64,000 bases of DNA from Sarea resinae (taxonomy: Eukaryota). Positions within the stretch are counted from its first letter, which is position 1; each line of letters opens with the position of its first letter. The notes below the pieces were generated by a model, which was not told where the DNA came from, made no database searches, and saw nothing but the letters and a program-made list of their open reading frames with translations. The stretch spans positions 1 through 64,000 of the forward strand of contig JAPEUD010000077.1 in assembly GCA_026026165.1 (NCBI GenBank), read 5' to 3'. Positions 27,440-40,038 of this stretch are shown piece after piece. Both the position numbers and the translations under genes were made by a program.

Positions 27440-28823
27440 TCACACATTATTATACCCGACGCCAGCCCGGCCGCCGTTGCCACTGCCGATGCCCAACTCG
27501 TCGAGCCGCCGGCAGCCGGCCAGCTCCATCTCGCGCGCGCGATCCATCATGTCCTCGTCGCGGTAGAACCAGCCCTGGGCGTCCTGCATGAGGCGCTGGC
27601 GGGCGTCGACCTCGGAGCTGCACTGCGCCCGCAGCCCGTTGACGTAGTCGACCTCGACCTGCTGGTCCAGCCGCGCCAGCTTGCGGTTCGAGTAATCCTC
27701 AATCTCCGACGGGTCGAGGAAGTAGTTGATGTGCAGGCGGGGCGTCGTGCGCTGCGAGACGTACGGCGGCGACGCCGCGTCGAACCGCAGGTGCGGACCC
27801 GCTGGGGTGCTGCCGCTGGACGACGAGAAGAGCGATGATAATAGAGGCAGGACGAAGAGGATCAGGAGTGGTAAGAGATTCGAGAGTGCCGAGCTGAGTG
27901 AGGCCGGCCGCTCGCCCGACTCGTTGGTGTGGGCCGTTTCTCGTGGCCGTCGACGCGGCCGTCCGCCGCCGAATTGGTGGACGCGGATGCCGGGGCCGCC
28001 GCCGAGGTTGAAGACGAATTGCGGGCCAGTGTCGAAGAGACCACCCCCTGTAGGCCTTTGCGTTAGCTGGTGTCTTGTTTGTTTGATTGCTTATTTCCGT
28101 GATAGAACGTTCTATATTTCCGGTGCTTGACATACCGAAAGGACCAAAGCCACCGCCCATACCACCACCGCCGCCGCCGAAGAATCGGTTGAACATCTCC
28201 TCTGGCGATATCTCCTCCTCAAACATGGGCCCTTGCCGGGCGTACGAAGCGCCTGGTGCGCCCCCGCGCGAGAAATTGCTAAAGGGTGATGCACCTGCCG
28301 ACGCCGAGGAGCCGCTGAATCTGTTATCGGGGTCGCCGCCAAATCGGTCGAACTTCTCTCGCTTTTCCGGATCCGATAAGATCTGGAAGGCGCGGGATAC
28401 CACTGTTGGACATAGTTGTCAGCGCACTGCCTGTTTCTCCATCGATCGTAACTCGTGCGCGCGCGCCCCTCACCCCCACCCCCATCGGTCTATTGATTCT
28501 GCCGTCCGCCCTCCCATCAACCGTCGAGAAGAGAACTCACTCTTAAACGCCTCATCCGCGCCATCGTAGCCATTCTTATCCGGATGCGTCAACAGACTCA
28601 GCTTTCGATATGCCTTCTTGATCTCCCCATCCGACACCGTCGTCTTGACCTCTTCTAGCCCTAGAATATCGTAAAAGGCCGTTGGGCTACATCGTTTGAC
28701 CCGCAGCACCGCCGTCTTCTGCTCGATGGTATATTTGCGTTCTTGGTTTCCTTGATTATGCTCCCGCGACTTTGCGCTCCCGTCGGGGCCTGCGTCCGCG
28801 CCAGACGAAGTTGCGGATGGCAT
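27440..28823 (-). CDS. HLJ1: ER-membrane DnaJ co-chaperone (Hlj1/DNAJB12 type); exons 28823-28541, 28402-28136, 28047-27440
   Basis: J-domain with HPDKN, a G/F-rich region with EISPEEMFNRFFGG and FVFNLGGGPGIRVHQFGG, one hydrophobic segment and a DUF1977-like C-terminus. Splice phases are consistent. Confidence 0.9.
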
Positions 28824-29296
28824 GTCGAGGGGTGATGGTGGGCGAGCTGCCCGGTGGTGAGCTGGGCTCCGGTGTCGATGCGGTGATGGAAATTCGGGAG
28901 GAGATCTCTTTGGTCTGGAGGAAAGCTGGATGTGAGTAAGGCGGCGCTGGTCGAGGAGTCGAGCAGAGGGGCGAGTTTGTTGATATCAGAGTTGCAAGTT
29001 ATGTTTGGATGTCCATCAGTGTATCCGTCTGTCTGTCTGTCCTTTGGCTGTTGCTGATCTATTGTTGAACCGAGACCAGATTCGGCTAGACGAAGAGGTC
29101 GAGGTAGATCGATATGGTAGTGACGAGCATCAACGGAACGGAACTGAATTGAACTGCACTGAACTCCATGCTCTTGAACTTCACACCAGAGAGCTTCCCA
29201 GTTCCCATTGAATGAAAGCGCCGTCTACGGTATCATCCAAAGCGTCAGACAATCCACCTTGTTGATCTACACCCGCACCTCTCACCCGCCACCATC

Positions 29297-29809
29297 ATGC
29301 CAGACAACCAATCGGTCGAGGACCAAGCCAAACAATCCATCTTCCACTACGCCTCGAAATGGGGTGGTAAGTCTTTTTCTTCTTCTTCTTTCTTCCGGTC
29401 TTCTGACACGTCATATACTCAAGCTCGCATCCACCTTCGCAGATACTGACAGAGAACCCCAGAATCACCCCTTCCAGCAACCCTGCTGGCCACCCTCATC
29501 ACCGCCCAGCATATGCGCCCTCCGCAATTTGTCCCGCTCATCTTCCCGCCCGTCCTCCTCTTCAGCAGCTATCTGAACATCAACTCGTACAAGATCGACA
29601 GTGCCGGCGTGACGGCGGCCTGGTCGATGCTCTATCTCGTCCTGGCCAGGCGGCGCAAGCAGCCGTTTGTCAAGAAATGGGGTACCAGGGGCATCATCCG
29701 GGGTGCGACCATGGGCTTATGTGTGGCGAATCTGGTGGGCGGGAGCATCACCTATGCGCTCGGGAGAAGGAGGATGGAGGAGGAGAAGAGAGCGGCGGGT
29801 GAGACATGA
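29297..29809 (+). CDS. AIM19: Small membrane protein, Aim19-like family; exons 29297-29366, 29463-29809
   Basis: Spliced ORF ..KWGESPLPATLLATLITAQHMRPPQFVPLIFPPVLLFSSYLNINSYKIDSAGVTAAWS.. resembles fungal Aim19-family proteins; GTAAGT..CTGAC..CAG intron. Confidence 0.7.
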
Positions 29810-30600
29810 GGGAGCGATGCGTTTTTGGATGATTGCTTGTCTGGCTTGGACCGGGTCTTCTCTTCTGGCTGTAAGATATATGGGACTATTGTAGCGTCGG
29901 GCGACAGACGTAGCTGAATGTACAATGTGGACGGTCCGATCCTATACTTCTCGAGTCACAGTATCCATTGCCAACGAATGTCGACATCAATTTCAATCTC
30001 AAATCATTCCATTCAATTCCACCACAACACACTAACGAAGTTGCTAGCACGCATGCACCTACGCCCTATTGCCGCGGGTTTAGAAAAAAAGTACTAGAGG
30101 AAAAACAAAACAAGGATTTAATAAAAAGATATGGAAACGCTCGGCTGGGGTGATATGGGGTAAGTGGGAGTCTTCAGGGGAAACGGACACGGCATTAAAA
30201 GAAGACGAAGACAAAATAACAGTGTAGAGGAATGACAAAGATAGGTGGGAATGATGCGCTGTCTCTTTCTTCACCAGAGGAGTCGAGCCTCGCCTCATTC
30301 CCCTTCACCTATGCTCGACTCGGCTTGACCCTGGCGAAAACGCTCGTGCAGCATGCTTGGAATCTTTGCCAGCTTCCACCTTTGAAAACCTTCCAACCTC
30401 CAACCTGGAACCCGCAACCTGCAATCCTCCCCACTACGGCTCCGACGAGATGACCATCATCCGTCACTCCCACCGCCACCGCCATCACATGCTACAAAGT
30501 CGATGATGACATCCGCCCGGCCTTCTTCCTTTCTTTCCACGACATCCAAGACCGACACCATCGAGGAAAGGGCGAGAGATATACGGCACACGCGACGCAA

Positions 30601-31503
30601 TCACATGATCAGGCACTTCTTCCTTCGGGAGTTGGTCTTATTCAGCAGGGCGGCACGCGTCGCATGTTCGAAAACCTCACGCACGCCCTGGTTGGTCTTG
30701 GCCGAGCACTCGAGGTACTTGGTTGCGTCAATCTTCTTGCGGACCTCCTCACCCTGTAATATCACGTCATCAGTAAAGATACCCTCGAAAAGGGAGACTC
30801 GTTGCTCACCTGCTCGGCGGTGACTGGCTTTTGCGAGGTCTTGTGAAGCTCCTCGATGGTCTTGGGGTCGTTGCGGAGATCCATCTTGCAGCCGACAAGG
30901 ATGATGGGGAGACCTTGGCAGAAATGAAGAACCTCAGAGATCCACTGTCGTAGCGTCAGTCATCTGTCTTTGGCCCACGATGGTTCAAACAAACCTTCTC
31001 CTGCACGTTGTCGAGGGAATCGGGAGAGTCGACCGCAAAGCAGATCAGGATGACGTGAGAGTCGGGGTACGACAGCGGACGCAGACGATCGTAATCTTCT
31101 TGACCAGCCGTATCCCAAAGGGCTAGTTCCACGTGCTTGCCATCGACCTCGACATCGGCCACGTAGTTCTCGAAGACAGTGGGCACATAGACCTAGACCA
31201 CATCTCCCGTCAGTCATGTTCCTCGATCGGATGCTGCGGACGTCGTCCACCGGTGATGAGGCGGTGACGTGCGAAGCCGCCAGGGCGCGCAGTAGAAAAC
31301 TTCCAAAGGGATGCTCACCTCTGGGAAGGTACCCTTGGAGAAGACACTATTCACCGGTGAGCTTTTGGATGAATCGACGATGATGATGATGATGGTGGTA
31401 TGGCGGCTCGATGCCAGACGGATGAGAGCACTTACATCAAGAGACAAGTCTTGCCGCAGGCACCGTCGCCAACGATCACGAGTTTGCGTCGAATTTCAGC
31501 CAT
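30601..31503 (-). CDS. RHO1: Rho1 small GTPase, 5 coding exons
   Basis: [75 protein letters not shown]; polybasic tail plus CaaX (SRRKKCLIM*). Confidence 0.98.
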
Positions 31504-31504
31504 G

Positions 31505-31695
31505 CTGCCCGATCACAGTCGACACGTTAGATCAGAAGAAATTTGGTGAGGGGGAGAAGCTCTCGAGATGGAGCGGTCGACGAGAGTGATATGGGGTAGT
31601 AGTGAGAAGGAAGTTGTGTCGGATGTGGTTGTAGACTGGGCAGGTATCGAGAAAGGGAAGATGTGGAGCGAAGTTGTGAAGGGTCGATCACACAC
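31505..31695 (-). other. Predicted 5'UTR intron of RHO1 ending one base before the ATG
   Basis: Minus strand: AAAAG|GTGTGT donor at 31695, CTAAC branch near 31527, acceptor GGGCAG|C ATG. Confidence 0.6.
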
Positions 31696-34191
31696 CTTTT
31701 CTGGGTAACGGGGGGTGGTGGTGGTGGTGGTGGTAGCCGCTTAGTAGTCGGAGGTAGCGATGGCTTGGTTGCAAGTAGTCGAAGTAGCGGCGCGGGCGGC
31801 GGCTTTGGCCTTTGAGAGCGACAGAAGAAGAACTCAGAACTCAGAGCTCAGAACGTCCAGGTCTCAATGACGAGTACTCTACCCGGTGCTTCTAGGATGA
31901 TCGAAGAGGCTGTGAGGGAGTCGAAGAATGCCCGAGGAGGGGACGGCGTGTAGCAGCAGGAATAGTACGAGCACTCTACGATGGAGAAGAAAGGGCTTGT
32001 CGACTAAAGAAAGAACGGTGGGTCGATCTTTATAGGATCTCACATGGATACAGATGATGCCGGTGCACGAAGCTTACTACTTCATACTGAGCAGTACTCC
32101 CTAGTACTCCTACCTTGGACGGATGGGGGTGATGGATGTGATGAAAGGGGAATAGAGTGGAAAGGATCCAGGTCCAAATATATCAGCAATGCTCAGGGTA
32201 GGGATGGATATGGACGACGGTGGAGAATGTCCGGACCTTCTGTGGTGCTTCGAATGCTCTACATACTCCGTATACTACATATACATGGGACACTGCCCTG
32301 GGTTCAAGCAAAAGGAGGCAGAAGCGGGTCGGCAGCCGAAGGCCTAGCTGTTGTGGCTTTGCTCTCACCAGACACAAAGGGTAACAAGAGTAGGGTAGTG
32401 AGATGTATTGTATTGATGGATCATGAATGCCCTACATTACCACATGAGAACAATCTTCAATCTTCCATTCCCTTGGATTGCGTCCAGAAGGGGAGAGCAA
32501 CAAGAAGATAGAGATGATTGCCTCGACGGGCGACGGCGAGGCAGCAATCGACTAATTCATGTATCCGTCCATCCATCCATCAAGACATCTGGGACCTGGG
32601 ACATCAACACCTTCCCAAACCACCATGTTCTCGACGGATACCAGGTCGGTACGCCGTGGTGTGCTGACTGCGGTTGCCCGGTACTTGGCGCTACCTCCGA
32701 CTACGACGACTCTTACGACTGCCTACCACGACAAGCTGATGCGTACGCGGACAGAGAACGATAAGGCAGCGGAGGTACTGTCGGTCTACGGAGTGCATGG
32801 TACTCTACTGCGCAGTACTGCACTCTACAGGGAAGGGCAAGGTGAGGCAACGTCGAAGAGCAATGGATTGGCTGGATGGGCATCGTACTATGATTCCATT
32901 TCTCTGGTACCCTCGCGCCAAGTACCCTTTGGCGCTGCTGGCTATGGGCCGCTACCTGACGACGGGGTGGCCTTGGGACTGGTGCATAAGGTACCAAAGC
33001 GAGTGCTATCCATGATGGAGGCTGAAGGGGGATGGGTACGGTCACGGTTCACTTCAGGTTGTTGTTGCCCTGCGTGTCTGCCTAGAGTGATCATGATGGT
33101 CATCGTAATGCAAGAATGCCTACTCGAGTACTCCTATGTACAGATTCCGGAAGCAATGGGAGCCAAGATCGTTGCTGGATCCAATAATACCGGACCTGTC
33201 TCCATGGCAGCCGAGAAGCCGATCAGAGCGTCTCGACTGCTATCTCCCGTCTCACTCTGTCTTCCAATGTCCCTGGCACGCTTGATCTCCGATTCTTCGA
33301 GGATCATCCAATGACAGAGAGTACTTTGTACGTAGTACCTCCCTGGCAAAGTCGGGCTGAGCTGAAGTAGAAGTACGCTGTAGTAGCACGTGCCCTCATC
33401 CCTATGGAAGCTACTACGTAGTACGTATTTCCATCCGGCACCAATAGGGGGATAGGGATACAGAGCACACGAGTACCTGCCGAGTATCCTACTCACGCGT
33501 TCGATCTATCACCGGCTTCGATCAGAGTATGAGTACTATGTAGGTACTGAGTACTGAGCATAGTAGGTACCTACCTCTGTTCGTACTGCACCGATACACA
33601 GTACGAGTAATGCCTCCAGCGCTCTCTTCCTCCTGCGCCTCAACGCGGCGCCCGCCATCGAGCCGGGCCGAGCACCAGGTGGCGGTGCAATTGATGGGAC
33701 ATCAGCCACTGGATACTCCGGAGCAAGGTAATGCACTCGGAGTACATACCTACTGAGGTAGTATGCTCCAATATCGACACCGACCGAGCTAGCAGTAATA
33801 CAACGTTCCAAGTCAGTAGAACAAGGACGGAAACCTGGAAGAGACGAAGAGCAAGATCATGCATCACTGTCATCACTGCCATCATCATCGTCGTCATCAT
33901 CATCGTCGCCGTCTGCTCTATTGCTGATCAGGAGCTGTCGAGGCGGCTGTAATTGCGCGCGGGCGAAGCGCAGGCGCGCGTATGCTCCAAGTACCTTCGT
34001 ACTCCAGGTAGAGTACTCCATACCGAGTACATGCTCCCAATCGAGACAGAGATACACGGTACGAGCTGGAGGTTCATGTGGTACGAAGACATCGTACCTC
34101 AACCTTTGATTCTGACACCGAATTTCATCACCTACCTACCTACCTGCACGACCATCCTGCCCAACCCTCCCAATCCTACCGCCATACCACG

Positions 34192-35310
34192 ATGCAAAAG
34201 GTCCTCCGCCGCACTGCGCTCGCCAAAGCGCAGCATGCGCGTAAGGCCTTGAAGCTCAAGCAAAAGGCCGAGGCCGAGGACTGGGTGCTCGAGAAACAGG
34301 AGCTCGGCCTGGTGCGAAAGGAAAACTCCAAAATCCTCAAGGACGCTCGACGGGCTCGACGGGAAGACTGGGAACTGGGCCCGCTGGCACCGCGCAGGGA
34401 CATTGGTGATCTCAGGGATGTCTACGCAACGGTCGACTCGCGCCGGTTACGGGCCAGAGAGGAAAAGGAGAAGCGGAAGTTTCAGATGATCGTGGCCAAT
34501 GATCGGGTCGTTGTCATCGAGGGCAAGGACAAGGGGAAGATTGGCAGAGTTCTCACCGCGGATCCAAAGTCGCCCGACATCACGGTTCGGGGTCTGAACA
34601 AGGTTTGCTCACTCTCCAATCTTGCTTCCAGAGCCTGGAAGCTTTCGGGGAACATTGGCTGATGCTGTACTCCCTATCAGGTCGACATCGAAGTTCCCGA
34701 ATACATGAAGCAAGCCGACAGCGACAAGCGGGCCGTCCGCTCTTTGGAATCCCCAATACCGCTCTCTTCCGTCCGTCTCGTCCACCCCCTCATCGATCCC
34801 GAGACCGGCAATCCCAAAGACGTGGTCATCAAGAAGCTCGTCCCCCGCGACGTCTTCGATGACAAGCGTACCGGCGAATTCAAGTTCGCGCGCGTGATCC
34901 CAGGTCTCAACATTGAAATCCCCTTCCCCGAGAAGGCCGAGCCCGAGGAAAAGGACGAAGACATCGACACGCTGCGGGTCGACGTCGAGGCCAAGACGTG
35001 GGTGCCGACGCTGCTGAGGCCGCCCATGCCCGAAACCGTCATCGATGAGCTGAGGAACAAATACAGCGTTTTCCGCGACCGACATGACGAGGAATACATA
35101 GCCAGGAAGATGGCCGAGGATGCGGAGAAGGAGGAGAAGAAGAAGAGTATTGCCTTGATGAGGACGCCGATCAACGAGCTGAACAGGAAGCTGAGGAAGG
35201 AACGCAAAGCTAAGAAGGGTGCGAAGATTCCTGTGGAGGTGCTAGCGAAGATTGGGGAGGTCATGGCTGCGAAAAAGGGTCTGTCGGAGAACAAAGCCAC
35301 GCTGGATTGA
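34192..35310 (+). CDS. MRPL40: Mitochondrial large-subunit ribosomal protein uL24m (KOW motif); exons 34192-34602, 34681-35310
   Basis: MQKVLRRTALAK start, EDWELGPLAPRRD, KOW motif DRVVVIEGKDKGKIG, and VPTLLRPPMPETVIDELRNKYS. Confidence 0.88.
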
Positions 35311-35499
35311 TTCAGGCCGTCACCGGTTCTTCTCTCTTCACTTGTTCATATCTCATTCCGTCGTCACGAGACTGTATTATATCTTGTAGCAAAAGTGAGA
35401 GAGCCCTTTTAGCTCGAATCCATAGCAGCGATATCTAGAAATCTGCCACTATAAACAAACGCCTTCGCTATATGCAATGAGTAGGACACAGTTCGGCCC

Positions 35500-36384
35500 T
35501 CATACGAGCACACCAATATACTCCGCCCTCCCGCCGAGCCCCCTCAACCCCTCCCACTGCACCAGAAACCGATCCACACACCTCACTAGTATCCGTCCAC
35601 TGAGACTCAGTCCCTTGACCCGGGCCCAGCTCTCCACATAGATCGTGCGCATCTTCCCCTCGGTACCTGGTACGCCAAAGAAGCGCAACAGCAGCGCCGC
35701 GAAGATGACGCAGACGCCTGTGCCGGGGCCATTGCTGATTATCAGATCCGGGTAGCCACATCCGACCCCCTGCATACCCGTGGCTTTCCCCTCTATGCCC
35801 GTCTCGCGGTGGGGACGGCCTCTGAGGACTTGGATGCATGCCCAGAGACAGTGGAGGGCCGACAGCGGGGTCGTCAGGAGAGACTGGTGGATCTGCCGCG
35901 CGCGCGGTACGGTCGAGATATCGTATGGGGCCCCCTCCACGCCTTCGCCTTCTCTCACCTTCTGTTGCTCCCGCGCCATCTTCGTTCCCGCCTCCCCAGT
36001 CTCGCGCTTGGCTACTAGCCCCGACTCGAACTCCCGCGCTTTCTGCGCGCTGAATCCGTCCCCGGCGCTGACGACGTAGCTCCTGTGCGTGTAGAGGGAT
36101 GTGTCCAGCTCGCGCAGCATGGCTAGCATCTCGGCTGTATGACCGCCGCTGCCGAGGACGACTAAAAGGCGCGTGTGGGGTTGGTGGTCGTTCTGGGGCC
36201 GTTTGCGCGGGACGGGTGGGGTCGGGTGCGTGCTGGGGAGGATGTAGAGGAGTCGGAGCTTTGGCCGTAGTTAGTGGGGAGGTGAGAGGCTTGCGGGGAA
36301 GGACGCAGCGGTACTTACGAATGCGGAGGTCAGAAAGAGTAGAACCACTGTTAGGGTTAGGGGGAGGAGGGAGAGGACCGCCAT
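35500..36384 (-). CDS. ALG14: UDP-GlcNAc transferase subunit Alg14; exons 36384-36319, 36258-35500
   Basis: Hydrophobic N-terminus MAVLSLLPLTLTVVLLF, then LLVVLGSGGHTAEM, VPRARQIHQS, PDLIISNGPGT, YVESWARV and FLVQW. The intron is GTAAGT..CTAAC..AAG. Confidence 0.93.
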
Positions 36385-36921
36385 TTCGAGGGTTCGGGGT
36401 GGCTTTTGGTAGGTGCAGCTAGATAGTGAGGAGCTTGGGCTGAAGAGATAGGTGTGGGATTTTATGCATGTCTCTGTAGATGAATGGCAGGGAGCGAAAA
36501 TATCTAGTGGGCGGCCGAGGCCTGTTGATGGGTCCCGTGAATAAAGTGAATGAAGCTGTGGTGTTGAGAGGAAGGATAGCTATATGGAGCTTGGGGAGCT
36601 GGCTCGCCAAAAGTTGCTTCACTGTTTACGTCTGAGATGGTGAATGGACGGCTTGATATTGCCTATTCTTCTTCTCTGCACCACGTTCTTGGATACCCGG
36701 GGAGATGTTACGTATGATATTCCCTTTACTTGCAGTTCTGTTCTGGTTGTTTACTATTTCCCCAGAGTAGATGTTGGATATTGTGTTCCTTGGCCTCCAA
36801 GTCGGGCAAAAGCGCAACCCTAAAACTGCAACCGCGAGCACTCGCAACAACAAAGCCTCTCTATCGACCTCGCGACTTCAGCTGATGTCGTCACCAACAA
36901 CAGGCCTCATCTGTTTCCACA

Positions 36922-39368
36922 ATGACGGTCTTACTCCGAAGACGACTTCGCTGCTTCTATTGCGGCTGTCGTTCGGCTCAAAAGCATCAAGGCCGGGTCT
37001 CGCACTGGCAGTGCGACAATTGCGAGGCCGTCAACTATTTAGATGAGGTATGCGTGTGCTTTCTCTGCAGCTCTGGAGAGGCCAATTTACTGATATAACG
37101 ATCTAGAATGGAGAAATTACAGATCCTCCCGCGGCAGAGACAGCACCAGAAATACGATTCGCGCACAGCATCCCACGATCTACATCGCCCATCCTCGCCG
37201 TCCCAGACGAATCACTCTTCTGCGCAACATGTGTCAAGAACCAGCATCTGCTGACGCAGTCCTTGGCATCGTATCTCCCGTCCCCAGATCACCCAGAATA
37301 TGCTACGTATGAAGCTTCGTATCCTGCATATCGCAAGAGCCTCGAGGAGCGCTATCCGCAGGTCTGCATCGATTGCGAACCTAGGGTCCGCGAGAGGATC
37401 CGAGCGACGGGTTATGCGGCCAAAACGGACCATCTGAGACGCATGATTGATAGGACAAGGGCTGCAGAGGGGAGGAGGACGTCCAGAGATTGGGATTGGA
37501 GGGCACTCGTCGTCTTGCTGGGGGCAGTAGGATGGTGGTCGAGCTTAGCGGGCCAGCTGGTTTGGAACATTATCGGAGCGACGAGAAGGATAGAAGTAGA
37601 GGATGGTCTGCGGGCCGATGATGAACCGCTACCACTTGGGGCTTGCGTACGACAGCTTGTGCGATTTCGAGAGACCGAGCAGGGCTGCGTTACGTCGGGC
37701 TTCTCGATTGCTAGAACGGCATTGCTCCTTGGCCTGCTGTCGTTTTGGTGGAACAATTCTTTGGAAGAGAAGGTTCGTGGGACTGGAGGAAGGATGATGA
37801 GGTTGAGCGAGTACTACAAATTACAGGGTGTGGTGATGGCCGTGAGGGTTTTGGGGTGGTGGGCGTTGCAGAATTCCGCGACTATCGGCTTGAGTGCAAC
37901 GGCCGTCAAGGCAGCTCATCTCTTCATGTTGGCGTTCGTCAGCTTGGTAAGTCAGATCCTATTTCATTTTCATTTTCTCCACGGCTGACCGCCGCTCAAG
38001 TGCGCACTGATCTCGCTCCGAACGGTCAAAATGGACCATACGCCTCGAGTCTCATTTCAAGAAAAGTCGGAATCCCTCATCTCTCCGTCTACGAGGACGA
38101 GCACAAACAGGGGCACCACATCCACACCGTCCAGTCTCCCCCGCTCTCAGAGAAGTGCACGACAATCATCCTTTCCTCAGGCATTTCCAATCAACAACCT
38201 CGCTCCTACACCCCAGTCTCAGCCGCAGCCATACCACCCTCCCACCCCGCCCCCGGATGACTTTGCCTCGGACGCAGACACCGACCTCATGGACTGGACT
38301 CCGTCGCACGCGCCTTTTACCCCGACTCCGATCTCTCGGCACCAACATCAACAAGCGCCGGCCGCCATCTCACCCTCTCCATTCTATGGCCGTCTGCCTC
38401 CGGCGCCGATAAGTTCGGCTCACAGACTGCGCAACCCGCCCGCCACCGAGCCAGTCTTCAAACGCGCATCCCCAGTCCAGCAGCAGAACTTCTTCAACAG
38501 TCTCACGGGCCGGGACAGTCTTTTCACGCCGTCGCCTTCCAAGTCCATGACTTCTACCGCGGCTACGAATGACGACGACGAGGATGAGTACGACGAGGAC
38601 AATGACGATGGTGATGGTGATGGTGATGACTATTACGCCAATCCCACGCCCACGCGAAACCGAGGCCAACCAAAACAGAAGAAGAAGCAGACGCAGACGC
38701 AAGCCGCGGAAATGGCACCACCTCATTTCTTCCCGTCGGCCGACTACCGCACCGACACGGGTCTCGAATCGCTCTTCGACGCCGCCTTCTCGCTCGGCGA
38801 CGAGCCCGCCGAGATCCGTCGTCTTCACCAGAACGCCCAGCAGGGCAACGCGACTCGCCGGAACGGGAACGGCCTCTCGACACCTCAGCGGGGGCAGCAG
38901 CGTGGTGGTGGTGGCAGCAGTGTCTACACTTTCGTCAAAATCATGGCTGTTGTCAGTTTCGTGCTTGCCGTCGCGCTTGGCACGGGCCTTTGGCGGGCCG
39001 GCGTGCGCGATCCTCGGTCGTTGTCATTGTCGAGCGTCGTCGTCGGCGGTGGGGAGTGGCGCTGGCGAGATCTGGATCTCGTGAAGATCTGGAGTGGGAG
39101 TGAGAAGGGTAAGGGAAGAGGAAGGGGGGAAGTGGAAGGGAAGGGGAAATGGGACCGGGTTACTGGTGCTGGCGGAAGGGATGATGACGGCGTCGTTGGA
39201 CATGGACATGGATTTGAGTCTCATGGGTTCTTCATCGACGGTGATCGTGATCATGATGATGGAGAAAACGATGGTGGTGGTGGTGGTGGTGGTGGTGGTG
39301 GTGATGGTCATGCTACTCTCGCGGCGGCGGCGGCAGCCGGGGCAGGACCCGTCCGTTTGCCTGTCTAG
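36922..39368 (+). CDS. IMA1: Inner nuclear membrane protein Ima1; exons approximately 36922-37047, 37108-37946, 38001-39368
   Basis: LRCFYCG..WQCDNCEAVNYLDE|NGEITDPP, FCATCVKNQ, RYPQVCIDCE, transmembrane segments, MDWTP and DTGLESLF motifs. Confidence 0.9.
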
Positions 39369-39449
39369 ACGTTTTGTATGGATTTGGTTGGCTTGGCTTG
39401 GCTTGGATTGGGGTAGGGTGGGGTGGTGTTGTCTTGTCTCTTGTCTCTG

Positions 39450-39689
39450 CATCTCTTACCTCTTACCTCTTACCCCTCTCTCTCTCTCTCTGTATCTATA
39501 GCCTGTACATCTATAATGTCTATATTTACACCCTCGACATCTATCACTTCTACGTCTATAACCTCTACATGTATGACTTCTACATCTCCTCCTTGACATC
39601 TCCTTGACATCTCTTATCCCTTGTTGCCAAAAAAACAAAAAAACGTCTGAAGAGATGACTACATAGTATATACTAGGCAAGCAGGCAAG

Positions 39690-39725
<36 letters not shown>

Positions 39726-39991
39726 TAGGCAGGTAGGTAGGTATGTAGGTAGGTAGGTAGGTAAGGCAGGCAGGTAGGTAGGTAAGTGGGTAGGTAGGTA
39801 GAGTAATATACAAGATATAGTCCTAGCCCTAGCTAGCCCTTAGATCTAGTTGTAGATCTAGTTGTAGATCTAGTTGTAGTCCTAGTTGTAGTCCTAGTCT
39901 CAGTCCTTATCCTTATCCTAAGAAAGAGAGAGAGAGAGAGGAGAACTCTCACAAAGAAATCTCTAACAAAGAGGTAGAAAAGAAGAGAGAG

Positions 39992-40038
<47 letters not shown>

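Noticed and set aside
30485..30545. Basic, Cys-containing frame downstream of RHO1 (GKKGRRPGGCHHRLCSM*) as an alternative C-terminus
   Set aside because: The Cys is not at position -4 and I found no convincing splice sites linking it to RHO1.
32559..33314. 251-aa ORF in the RHO1-MRPL40 spacer, and similar ORFs at 17023-17645 and 1880-2533
   Set aside because: Mostly non-ATG starts, repeat-derived peptides and no domain signal; they lie in motif-rich promoter DNA.
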